A DNA stretch of 26,827 nt from a virus (taxonomy: Duplodnaviria; Caudoviricetes). Location of the stretch: positions 1 through 26,827 of IMG/VR virus record IMGVR_UViG_3300045235_000025. One strand, given 5' to 3'. Position 1 is the first letter of the stretch, and each line of letters begins with the position of its first letter. Position numbers and translations under genes: made by a program. Of the stretch, positions 1 through 7,374 are shown piece by piece. The notes under the pieces are model-generated. The model worked only from the letters and a program-made list of their open reading frames with translations, was not told the DNA's origin and did not search any database.

Positions 1-6
1 GGGACT

Positions 7-1326
7 GTGACCGACATCCAGTACGATCCCGCGACCGAGGGGTACCTGCTCGGCGCGATCTTCGAGGAGCCCGCCCGGATCTGGGAGGCACGGCAGATCG
101 TCCGCGAGTCCGACTTCGCGGTCCCCCGGAACGTGTCGGTGTGGATCACGATGTGCGAGGTCGCTGACCGCGGCACCGTGATCACCCCGATCACGGTGAA
201 TGATCGCCTCGTGGCCGCCGGCCGCACCCATGAAGTGGATGCGCTCTACGTGCACGAGCTGAACGGGTACGGCGCCTACGGCTATCAGGTGCCGCAGTAT
301 GCGGAGATCGTGCGCCGGCACGGGGAGCGCCGCAAGCTGTCGGAGGCGGCCGACGCGATCCGCGCGATCGCGACCGCCGGGGACGACTCCGAGGGCGACA
401 TCATCGAGAAGGCGTCCGGGATCATCTCGGAGCTGCGCGGCGGCACCCTGAGGCAGTCCCGCCCGATCGGCGCCGTCGGGCCCGAGGTCATCTCGGAGAT
501 GCGCGAGCAGGTGCCGCACACGCCGACGCCGTGGCCGTCGCTGAACGCGATCATCGGCGGCGTGAAGCCGGGCGCGATGTACACCGTTGCCGGCCGTTCG
601 GGTGGCGGGAAGTCGATCTTCGGTTTGCAGCTCGCCTTGCACGTCGCTGAGCTCGGTGGCCGGGTCGGGTACGTGTCGCTCGAGATGACGGAGAAGGACC
701 TGTGGAAGCGGCTCGCGTCGATGATGCAGGGCATTCACCAGTCGGCGCTGCAGCATCACCAGCTCACCGAGTCCGGGTGGTCGGCGGTCGCGCAGGCTGA
801 GGCCGCGATCGAGCGGCTCCCGCTCGAGGTGTACGACCGTGCCGGGGCGAGGTGGGAGGACGTGACCGGGTTCGGGCGCGCCCTGCACCGGAAGGGCGAC
901 CTGCAGCTCCTCGTCATCGACTACCTGGGCCTCGTGAAGAGCCCGCCCGGGTCACGGTCGCGCCCGCAGGACCTGGAGGGGTGGGCGAACGACGCGAAGT
1001 CGCTCGCGAAGGATCTCGGTTGCGCCGTCGTCTTGCTCGAGCAGCTCAACCGTGACTCGACGGGCCGGAAGTCGGCCCGGCCCGTCGTCACGGACCTGCG
1101 CGGCACTGCTGCTCTGGAGCACGCGGCCGACGCGATCGTGCTGCTCCACCGCCCCGAGAAGCGCGTCGGCGGCAAGAACTACATGACGAACGACATCGAG
1201 TTCATCGTGCCGAAGAACCGGCAAGGGCAGCCCGGGGAGCGCACGCTGCGCTTCGAGGGCGAGTACGCCCGCATCGTCCAGAAGACAGAAGAGAACACGC
1301 CTCTGATTGAGGCGGGAGAGGTATAG
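7..1326 (+). CDS. dnaB: DnaB-like replicative DNA helicase
   Basis: Walker A AGRSGGGKS, SLEM, VIDYL, QLNR, DLRG..ALEHAAD and KNR.G motifs; DnaB-like N-terminal domain; GTG start. Confidence 0.95.
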   Translation: MTDIQYDPATEGYLLGAIFEEPARIWEARQIVRESDFAVPRNVSVWITMCEVADRGTVITPITVNDRLVAAGRTHEVDALYVHELNGYGAYGYQVPQYAEIVRRHGERRKLSEAADAIRAIATAGDDSEGDIIEKASGIISELRGGTLRQSRPIGAVGPEVISEMREQVPHTPTPWPSLNAIIGGVKPGAMYTVAGRSGGGKSIFGLQLALHVAELGGRVGYVSLEMTEKDLWKRLASMMQGIHQSALQHHQLTESGWSAVAQAEAAIERLPLEVYDRAGARWEDVTGFGRALHRKGDLQLLVIDYLGLVKSPPGSRSRPQDLEGWANDAKSLAKDLGCAVVLLEQLNRDSTGRKSARPVVTDLRGTAALEHAADAIVLLHRPEKRVGGKNYMTNDIEFIVPKNRQGQPGERTLRFEGEYARIVQKTEENTPLIEAGEV

Positions 1327-1329
1327 ATC

Positions 1330-1866
1330 ATGGCCGGAGAGCCGCTCATCACCGTAGTAGGAAACCTCGTCGCCGATCCCGAGGCGCGTGTGTCGCAGTC
1401 GGGCAACTCGTGGGTGACGTTCCGCATCGCATCCACCCCGCGCGTGCGAGACCGCCAGTCCGGGGACTGGGCCGACGGCGAACCCCTGTGGCTCGGATGC
1501 CGCGCGTATGGGGAATACGCCGACAACATCGCCGCGTCCCTCACGAAGGGAATGCGCGTCATCGTGCAGGGCCGCCTCACGCAGCGCAGCTACGCCGACA
1601 ACCAGGGCCAGCAGCGCACGAGCCTCGACCTCGACGTCGAAGAGGTCGGTCCGTCGCTCCGCTTCGCCACGGTCGCGGTCTCGCGCGCCGGTACGGGCCC
1701 CGCCGGTGGCGGCTACGCGAAGACCGGGAACGGGGCCCAGCCCACCTACGGGCAGACCGAGGGCGGCGGCTACGGCCAACCCGCCTGGGGGTCGCCCGCG
1801 GCACAGCAGCAGGCCGGCGAGGAGCAGCAGTCCCCCGGCGGCTTCGACGACGAGCAGCCCTTCTAG
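1330..1866 (+). CDS. ssb: Single-stranded DNA-binding protein
   Basis: MAGEPLITVVGNLVADPE start typical of actinobacterial SSB, G/Q-rich linker, acidic tail DDEQPF. Confidence 0.97.
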   Translation: MAGEPLITVVGNLVADPEARVSQSGNSWVTFRIASTPRVRDRQSGDWADGEPLWLGCRAYGEYADNIAASLTKGMRVIVQGRLTQRSYADNQGQQRTSLDLDVEEVGPSLRFATVAVSRAGTGPAGGGYAKTGNGAQPTYGQTEGGGYGQPAWGSPAAQQQAGEEQQSPGGFDDEQPF

Positions 1867-1878
1867 GAGGCGATCACC

Positions 1879-2124
1879 ATGGCTATTCAGGAACGAATCA
1901 CGGTCGAGCTCGCATCGGTCGAGGTCGACGACAAGCTGCGCATCGAGCTCCGGCAGGAGAAGAAGCGCATGCGGTACACCGCGTCGCAGGCGCGGGATCT
2001 CGCGATCGAACTGATCGATGCTGCTGAGCGGGTCGACGTGCTGATCATCGAGGACATGGCCGAGCGAGGTCTGCGCATGGTGCACGGCATGGTCGTCGCC
2101 GACGGTGGGCAGGTCGTGCTGTGA
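1879..2124 (+). CDS. Hypothetical phage protein (81 aa)
   Basis: SD AGGAGG upstream, phage-like codon usage, stop overlaps the next ATG. Confidence 0.8.
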   Translation: MAIQERITVELASVEVDDKLRIELRQEKKRMRYTASQARDLAIELIDAAERVDVLIIEDMAERGLRMVHGMVVADGGQVVL

Positions 2125-2270
2125 TGACCTCCGAACGGAAGTGCATGCAGGCCCCGATCGGGCGCGGCTCCTACTGCGGCAGCACGTCCTACCCGGTCGT
2201 TACGGTCGAGCAGGCGACGTGCGCGAACTGCCTCGCGGCGTTCCGCGCCGACGAACGGGCCGCGAAATGA
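2124..2270 (+). CDS. Small Cys-containing protein (48 aa, MTSERKCMQAPIGRGSYC...TCANCLAAFRADERAAK), possible Zn-binding
   Basis: Not in the ORF track (too short); ATG overlaps the previous TGA; four Cys including CxxC; GC-rich third positions. Confidence 0.7.
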   Translation: MTSERKCMQAPIGRGSYCGSTSYPVVTVEQATCANCLAAFRADERAAK

Positions 2271-2286
2271 AAAGTCGGCTGAACAA

Positions 2287-2308
2287 CGCCGAGGGCGCAC
2301 GCTCGGCG
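2287..2308. terminator. Hairpin between convergent genes, probable terminator
   Basis: CGCCGAG-N8-CTCGGCG stem; followed by TTGTTC on the minus strand; lies between the stops at 2270 (+) and 2320 (-). Confidence 0.55.
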
Positions 2309-2319
2309 AAAAAACTGCT

Positions 2320-2823
2320 TCAGACCGATTGCTTCAGAAGCCACTCCGACTCACTACTCGGGTTCGCTGCCCAGTCTCCGACTACTTTAGCGATCTCTGT
2401 CACTCGTAGAACCGCACCATCTGGTGCGGCGGCCAGAGCTTCATCTAGAGCCCACTTAACGATGCGCTCGTTTGCGGGCTCATTGAGACGTCTGGCGCTC
2501 ATCATGATCAACAGGTGTTCTTGGGCACGCTCCGTATTCATGGGGTTCACACCGGTGGCAATGTCGATCGCGATGTCCTTGATGGCGAGAGTTATGGCAT
2601 CTGCAAGATCGAAACGTCGTTCCCGACTTTCCCACTCCATTTGTGACCTCGCGAGCTTCTGCTGTTTGTGCAGGATACGGAGGTTGAGAATCGCTATCCA
2701 AATAGTCCCGAGAGCGGCAATCGCTGCGACGACCACCCCTGCTTTCTCCCAGGGAGTCGCCTGCCCAACGGCTTCAACCAGGTTGGCAATCTCGCAGCTA
2801 ATCTTTAACGTCTCGCAGGTCAT
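2320..2823 (-). CDS. Moron-like membrane-anchored hypothetical protein
   Basis: Opposite strand to the operon, visibly more A/T-ending codons, one hydrophobic helix (AGVVVAAIAALGTIWIAILNL) followed by a helical charged domain. Confidence 0.8.
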   Translation of the reverse strand: MTCETLKISCEIANLVEAVGQATPWEKAGVVVAAIAALGTIWIAILNLRILHKQQKLARSQMEWESRERRFDLADAITLAIKDIAIDIATGVNPMNTERAQEHLLIMMSARRLNEPANERIVKWALDEALAAAPDGAVLRVTEIAKVVGDWAANPSSESEWLLKQSV

Positions 2824-2868
2824 AAGACAGCATCGTAACGTTCGAATCGTATGGCCGGAGATCGGAAA

Positions 2869-3534
2869 GTGATGCTCGCGATCGCGGATCCGCCCTACCC
2901 GCCGCTGTTCTCGGAAAGGTTCGACACCGCGGACGGTTCGCCACGGCTACTGACCCGCTCGCGGGCTCGACGCTGGTACGGGGACGGCACCCGGGGTCGC
3001 ACAGATTCGCCGCCAGCGGACTTCCACGCTGACGCCGGTATCTGGGACCACCTCGGCGAGCACCGACGACTAATGGAACGACTGATAGACGAGTACGACG
3101 GGTGGGCGATCGCGACCACCCCGGATGGGCTCGGCGCGTACCACCCGCTCCCGGTCTCTGCTCATGTGGCCGCGTGGGTGCGCCCGAACGCGATGCCGGG
3201 CGGGCAACGGATCATGTCGCGGTGGGAGCCGGTGATCGTATTCGTGCCGGAGGCCCGCCGCGGCCGCGAGCAGCTACGCGTCGCCGACGTCCTGACCGCA
3301 GCTGCGCCGCGTCGCGGGTTCGCGGGCGCGAAACCGGCCGAGTGGACGCGCTGGGTGCTCGACATGCTCGGCTACGCACCTGGTGAGGACACCGTCACCG
3401 ACCTCTTCCCGGGATCCGGCGCCGTGGCCGCCGCGATCGACGGCATGCTCCCGCTCGCCCCGAACCAGCTTGAAACGCTCGAACGCTTCGGCATCCCCGC
3501 CACCGAACTGAACCTCGAAAGGAACGACGAATGA
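2869..3534 (+). CDS. Compact DNA methyltransferase (amino-MTase, beta motif order)
   Basis: Catalytic DPPY near the N-terminus; KP...V.DLFPGSG SAM-binding motif near the C-terminus. Start is GTG 2869 or ATG 2872 after GGAG (the ORF track starts at 2851). Confidence 0.8.
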   Translation: MMLAIADPPYPPLFSERFDTADGSPRLLTRSRARRWYGDGTRGRTDSPPADFHADAGIWDHLGEHRRLMERLIDEYDGWAIATTPDGLGAYHPLPVSAHVAAWVRPNAMPGGQRIMSRWEPVIVFVPEARRGREQLRVADVLTAAAPRRGFAGAKPAEWTRWVLDMLGYAPGEDTVTDLFPGSGAVAAAIDGMLPLAPNQLETLERFGIPATELNLERNDE

Positions 3535-4016
3535 CCAGCTCGGCGAATCTCTTCGTGGCGCCAATAAGCCTGCGAGAAGCAAACCGATACGTCGCCGAGA
3601 ACCATCGGCACCACGGGCCAACCCGCGGACACCGATTCTCGGTCTCCGTAGTCGACGAGCACGGCGCAATCCGTGGCGTCGGGATCGCGGGCCGCCCCGT
3701 CTCTCGCGTGCTGCAAGCCGAGGGCTACCTCGAGGTCCTGCGCGTCTGCACCGACGGCACCCGGAACGCCTGCTCGATGATCTACGGCGCCCTGCGCAGA
3801 GCCGGGATCGCGCTCGGCTACGAGCCGCAAAAGATCATCACCTACACGCTCGCGTCGGAGCCGGGCGTATCGCTCCGCGCGGCCGGCTGGCATGACGATG
3901 GGCTCGCCGGTGGAGGCGAATGGGGGCGCAAGAGCCGACCCCGTGAAGTTGTCGCGCCGACCGAGACGAAACGACGGTGGCGAGCTGCGCTGCCGGTAGG
4001 GGGTGAGAGCGAGTGA
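3531..4016 (+). CDS. XF1762-like phage protein (Mom/GNAT-like fold suspected)
   Basis: Motifs EAN.YV..NHRHH, GRPVSR, LEVLRVCTDGTRNACSMIYGA, IITYTL..EPG.SLRAAGW recognised from memory of this family; ATGA overlap with the MTase; SD GAAAGGAA. Confidence 0.75.
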   Translation: MTSSANLFVAPISLREANRYVAENHRHHGPTRGHRFSVSVVDEHGAIRGVGIAGRPVSRVLQAEGYLEVLRVCTDGTRNACSMIYGALRRAGIALGYEPQKIITYTLASEPGVSLRAAGWHDDGLAGGGEWGRKSRPREVVAPTETKRRWRAALPVGGESE

Positions 4017-4168
4017 AGATGCCGCTCTGTCTGTACGCGATCTGCAAGAGGCTCGGACTTGCCCACGTATGCGAGTACGACGATCCAACACACCCGAGCT
4101 ATGTGGGCTTCACCGCAGGCATCTGCTACAAGCGCGGCGTCCACGGCGGCCGAAAGAAGGAGGACTAG
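4013..4168 (+). CDS. Small Cys/His protein (51 aa, MKMPLCLYAICKRLGLAHVC...)
   Basis: GTGA overlap with the previous stop; ends 3 nt before the next ATG. A better fit than the track ORF 4003..4188. Confidence 0.6.
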   Translation: MKMPLCLYAICKRLGLAHVCEYDDPTHPSYVGFTAGICYKRGVHGGRKKED

Positions 4169-4171
4169 ACC

Positions 4172-4897
4172 ATGACGACTACACCTAACCCGACCGCCGA
4201 GCAGATCGCCCGAAAGGCTCTGGTGAAGACACAGCGCGAAGGTCTGCCGCGACCGAGACAGGCCGCCCAGGTCATCGCCGACATCCGTGCTGCTGGTCTG
4301 CTCGGGGGCAACCCAACCGAGGAGCAGATCGAGGGGGCTGCTCGGGCTCTCTGCGCCGAGGAGCAGAACACTCCGTGGGAGCGCTTCCATAGAATCGTGC
4401 AGGACCGGTATCGCGCCACAGCACGAATCGCTCTCGCCGGTGCTCGTGTCGCCGTGCAGGAGCCGAGCGGGTGCGCAGAGTGCCATCGAGCCGAGGGTCA
4501 CAAGTTGGGCTGCTCGCATCGCCTCGCCCTGCAGGAACCGAGCGAGTACGTCGTGAACGATGACCTCGCCGCATCGGAACTATCTCGCGACCCGAACGGC
4601 TGGGATGAAAAGCCCGCTCCGTCCCCCGACCGCGAGAAGCTGATCGCGGAGGCGCGGGACGGATATCAACATGCCCTGATTCAGGGGTGGGCACACACTG
4701 ACGAACCGAAGCCTCTCGCGATAAGACTCGCTGACGCTCTTGCTGCTCCGCCCACGGTAGACGAGGAGAAGCTCGCGGGCGTGGTCATGGAACTCATCGT
4801 GCAGTGGAACTCGTGCGGGCACCCCGTTGCGGGTGATACTCGCCACCAGTTCATCGCCCGAGGCGTAGCTGCATGGCTTCGAGGTGGCGGGCGATGA
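4172..4897 (+). CDS. Modular hypothetical phage protein with internal repeats and a small CxxC/H module
   Basis: SD AAGGAGG; repeated NPT.EQI and A.QEPS motifs. Confidence 0.8.
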   Translation: MTTTPNPTAEQIARKALVKTQREGLPRPRQAAQVIADIRAAGLLGGNPTEEQIEGAARALCAEEQNTPWERFHRIVQDRYRATARIALAGARVAVQEPSGCAECHRAEGHKLGCSHRLALQEPSEYVVNDDLAASELSRDPNGWDEKPAPSPDREKLIAEARDGYQHALIQGWAHTDEPKPLAIRLADALAAPPTVDEEKLAGVVMELIVQWNSCGHPVAGDTRHQFIARGVAAWLRGGGR

Positions 4898-4905
4898 GAA
4901 ACCAG

Positions 4906-5187
4906 CTAGAGGCAAAGCGACCAGATGCTCGCAATGGCGCCGAAAGCCAACCCGCCGCCAATCAACCAAAGATCCCGACCGGAGGCGTCGCCGCCCTCCT
5001 CAAGTGCAGGAACGAGCACCTCCATCGCCGTCTCCACCTGATCATACGAGGCGCCCTCACCGGTGACGGTTCTCTCAGCCTGGCGAATAGCCCGTGCGTC
5101 AGCAGTCGCTTTCAGCCAGAGTCGGCGGGCCCCGAGGTAAGGAAGAACGGCCGCTATGACGTACAAGAAGGCGATAAAGATCTTCAT
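4906..5187 (-). CDS. Moron-like small membrane protein (93 aa, two hydrophobic segments)
   Basis: Start trimmed to MKIFIAFLYVIAAVLPYLG to avoid overlapping the next gene; C-terminal LWLIGGGLAFGAIASIWSLCL. Confidence 0.75.
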   Translation of the reverse strand: MKIFIAFLYVIAAVLPYLGARRLWLKATADARAIRQAERTVTGEGASYDQVETAMEVLVPALEEGGDASGRDLWLIGGGLAFGAIASIWSLCL

Positions 5188-5224
5188 GCGCTCACTTTCG
5201 CACAGCAACACGACGGAGTCACCG

Positions 5225-5854
5225 ATGAGTATTGATGACCGCACATGGTCCGAGTGGTTCCGCTGGCACCTCGACCAGGCCCCGTTCCAGATCCTGCACA
5301 TGCGTGAGCTCGTGGAGACGACCGTGCGGGCTCAGGACACCGAAGCGGTGCGGGTGTCGGGTGGCAGCGACCCGGCACGGCTCCCCTACAACGCGGACCC
5401 CGCCGATGACGCCGACGCCCTGTACGTCGAGCTCGTCCTGTTCGCGAGGGAGGTGTCCGAGCACACCGGGATCCTCGCCCCAGCGCCAGTGCGCAACGGC
5501 CTTTGGCAGGGCGCGCGCGAACCCCAGGGCCTGCCCGTCTGCCGACCAGATCAGGCGTTTACCTGGGCCGGGGAGATTCGCACCTGGCTCATCAACCAGA
5601 CCACCGACCTCGAACAGCTCGCGCACGACGGAAAGCTCGGGGACGCCCCCAACCACCTCGTCGGCACGATCAGGGAAATGCGGAAGCGCTACCCACGAGC
5701 AGAGCCGAAGTTCCGGGCGTACAGGCCAAGGCCTTGCCCAACCTGCGGACAGCGCACCGTGAGCCCCATTTGGGGAGTTAACGGGCTCACGGGGGCGAAG
5801 TGCGACACCTGCGGGCAGGAATGGTCGAATGGAAGAACTTACTCCAGTGCCTAG
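5225..5854 (+). CDS. Zn-ribbon protein (CPTC...CDTC), candidate late transcription regulator
   Basis: ATG 5225 after GGAG; C-terminal CxxC-x16-CxxC; position at the end of the early region, before the packaging genes. Confidence 0.7.
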   Translation: MSIDDRTWSEWFRWHLDQAPFQILHMRELVETTVRAQDTEAVRVSGGSDPARLPYNADPADDADALYVELVLFAREVSEHTGILAPAPVRNGLWQGAREPQGLPVCRPDQAFTWAGEIRTWLINQTTDLEQLAHDGKLGDAPNHLVGTIREMRKRYPRAEPKFRAYRPRPCPTCGQRTVSPIWGVNGLTGAKCDTCGQEWSNGRTYSSA

Positions 5855-6387
5855 AACATCTCCTCGGCTTGCTCCCATGCTTCTGAGATCGCGCCACTCG
5901 CTTCCGCGATTACGCCAAGCGTCTCGTCATCTGGCGAGTCGCCGCGAGAGGCCGCCGAAGCAATTCGCAGCATGCACCGCGATAGCCTCCTTTGCCACCG
6001 CGCGAGCGGCCTGTCTAGGGTGCCAAACTGACCTGCGATGCCGATCGCGGTGATTGAGTAGAGAGCTTCTTCCAAAGGCTTGCGACAGTCGTCCCTATGC
6101 AACCCTCCGATTTCGACAAGCATCCGAGAGTGTAGGTCATCCGGCAGTTCGATCTCGTCCAGAGCACCGCCAGCAGTCGCGGGGTCGTTGAGATGCTGCT
6201 CGAGTACGAGCAGATGCTCGATCAGCTCTCGGCCCTCCCGCTCGTGACGTTCGGCTACCTGCCGTTCGTAACCCACCGCTTCACTCTTACGCCTCGCCCA
6301 TTCGACGAGCCAAGTGCTTCCTAGAGCGATACCGCCACCGACAAGAGCGCCAGCAACTGGCGAAGATAGCGCAGCATCGAACGTCAT
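5851..6387 (-). CDS. Moron-like membrane-anchored hypothetical protein
   Basis: N-terminal helix VAGALVGGGIALGSTWLV followed by a helical domain; lower GC; convergent 4-nt overlap with the upstream gene. Confidence 0.8.
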   Translation of the reverse strand: MTFDAALSSPVAGALVGGGIALGSTWLVEWARRKSEAVGYERQVAERHEREGRELIEHLLVLEQHLNDPATAGGALDEIELPDDLHSRMLVEIGGLHRDDCRKPLEEALYSITAIGIAGQFGTLDRPLARWQRRLSRCMLRIASAASRGDSPDDETLGVIAEASGAISEAWEQAEEMF

Positions 6388-6396
6388 GGATGAATC

Positions 6397-6756
6397 ATGC
6401 CAGCAGACACGAAGAACCGCCTAACATATCGACTCGCCGCCTTGCGGGTCAACCGCTCCGTTCGCACGATTCAACGTTGGCGCAGAGAAGGAATGCCAAT
6501 GGGATTCGACCATATCGGGCGACGAACTGTTGACGAAGAGCTCCTTCTCGCCGAGTTGCGCAGACGCCTTCATGCCGACCCAGTTCACCAGCAGCGGATC
6601 CGCGCCATGGCGGGCGACACGCCGCAGGATGACCTTCTTGACACGCTCTCGGTGTCACCCCCTACTGTGATGGTTGAGCAAATGGGCCGGTACGCGAAAC
6701 ACCTCGCCTTTCCGGAAGGTAAGGCCGAGCGACAGGACCAGGCTTTCAGCCCGTGA
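6397..6756 (+). CDS. MerR/excisionase-like helix-turn-helix protein
   Basis: LTYRLAALRVNRSVRTIQRWRREGM matches the MerR-type HTH pattern; the C-terminal ~40 aa may be read-through over promoter sequence. Confidence 0.75.
   Translation: MPADTKNRLTYRLAALRVNRSVRTIQRWRREGMPMGFDHIGRRTVDEELLLAELRRRLHADPVHQQRIRAMAGDTPQDDLLDTLSVSPPTVMVEQMGRYAKHLAFPEGKAERQDQAFSP
6638..6668 (+). promoter_or_regulatory. Candidate late promoter with a 19-nt spacer and internal inverted repeat
   Basis: TTGACA (6638-6643), N19, TACTGT (6663-6668); TGACAC-N7-GTGTCA at 6639-6657. Confidence 0.55.
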
Positions 6757-6794
6757 AGATAGATTGCACTCATCCCAGAACTCTCTAAAATGGA

Positions 6795-6828
6795 CGGAGC
6801 CGTCCCCACTGCTATGGGGACGGCTCCG
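6795..6828 (-). terminator. Intrinsic terminator for the minus-strand peptide operon (possibly bidirectional)
   Basis: Perfect 14-bp stem CGGAGCCGTCCCCA/TGGGGACGGCTCCG, 6-nt loop, followed by TCCATTTT on the minus strand. Confidence 0.8.
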
Positions 6829-6856
6829 CGTCTAATTTGGACATCGATCTAGTGGA

Positions 6857-6979
6857 TCACTTGCCCCGCTTGGGGGCGTGCCGGACGGTCGTCGACGGAT
6901 GCGACTTGCCATAGCGAGCCGTCACGAACCGTCCGGTCACAGCGGAACGATACGAACCGCCAGAAGACTTCTTACTCAT
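6857..6979 (-). CDS. 40-aa basic peptide MSKKSSGGSYRSAVTGRFVTARYGKSHPSTTVRHAPKRGK
   Basis: Very strong SD GAGAGGAGGTGAAT-ATG; RSAVTGRFVT...HP.TTV resembles a family of small uncharacterised proteins seen in mobile elements (recalled, not searched). Confidence 0.85.
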   Translation of the reverse strand: MSKKSSGGSYRSAVTGRFVTARYGKSHPSTTVRHAPKRGK

Positions 6980-7024
6980 ATTCACCTCCTCTCACTACGG
7001 GGGCCAAGCGTTTAAGACGCCGGC

Positions 7025-7105
7025 CTACTTGGTGCGGATAGTCCCGGTCACGCGCACGGTCACGCCATTGCGCCTGATCGTGCGAGAAACACGCTTGGTT
7101 GCCAT
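7025..7105 (-). CDS. 26-aa basic peptide MATKRVSRTIRRNGVTVRVTGTIRTK
   Basis: Strong SD GAGAGGGGGTGATTTGAA-ATG; alternating hydrophobic/polar strands around an NG turn (beta-hairpin-like). Confidence 0.75.
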   Translation of the reverse strand: MATKRVSRTIRRNGVTVRVTGTIRTK

Positions 7106-7106
7106 T

Positions 7107-7265
7107 TCAAATCACCCCCTCTCGAGGAACTGAGCTCAGCGGGCCGGCCTGGAGCAGGTAGTCCACGCGGTTCAGCCCACAAGTACAAACACGCCCGCCG
7201 ACGATCAATGTTGAGCTATTGAAGCATCTAGGTGTAGCGTGGAGCGGACAAGCCAGTGACAACAT
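7107..7265 (-). CDS. 52-aa putative leader peptide (MLSLACPLHATPRCFN...PREGVI)
   Basis: SD GAAAGGGG upstream of the ATG; open frame runs through the next gene's SD and stops 1 nt before its ATG (TGA-A-ATG); atypical codon usage. Confidence 0.5.
   Translation of the reverse strand: MLSLACPLHATPRCFNSSTLIVGGRVCTCGLNRVDYLLQAGPLSSVPREGVI
7211..7240 (+). promoter_or_regulatory. Candidate sigmaA-type promoter for the antisense sRNA
   Basis: TTGAGC-N18-TAGCGT. Confidence 0.45.
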
Positions 7266-7370
7266 AGGGGTCCCCTTTCGGGATCGGTTGAGCCCAGCGC
7301 CAACTGGGTTTCAGGTTTGGTACACATATGGAGGCCGCCCGGCCGAGGCTGGGCGGCCTCCTGCTTTTCT
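7247..7370 (+). ncRNA. Putative ~125-nt cis-antisense sRNA
   Basis: Bounded by a candidate promoter and a strong terminator; no SD-led ORF inside; internal hairpins TCCC-CTTTC-GGGA (anti-SD in the loop) and GAGCCCAG-N6-CTGGGTTT; complementary to the SD and start of the leader ORF. Confidence 0.5.
7330..7370 (+). terminator. Intrinsic terminator
   Basis: 14-bp stem GGAGGCCGCCCGGC/GCTGGGCGGCCTCC (one G-U), 4-nt loop, then TGCTTTTCT. Confidence 0.8.
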
Positions 7371-7374
7371 GGTC

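Noticed and set aside
952-2085. Long minus-strand ORFs opposite core genes (also 7205-8527, 7710-9179, 13959-15047, 18491-20575, 21376-22791)
   Set aside because: Shadow frames of high-GC genes; no SD or motifs, and the + frame has clear homology motifs.
2830-2846. Possible LexA box (…TAACGTTCGA)
   Set aside because: Only one half-site matches the actinobacterial TCGAAC-N4-GTTCGA consensus.
2105-2872. 255-aa + strand ORF
   Set aside because: Antisense shadow of the moron at 2320-2823, out of frame with the better-supported 48-aa gene.
4471-4486. CxxCH (CAECH) haem-c-like motif
   Set aside because: No signal peptide and an early-region phage context; extra His and Cys residues fit Zn binding better.
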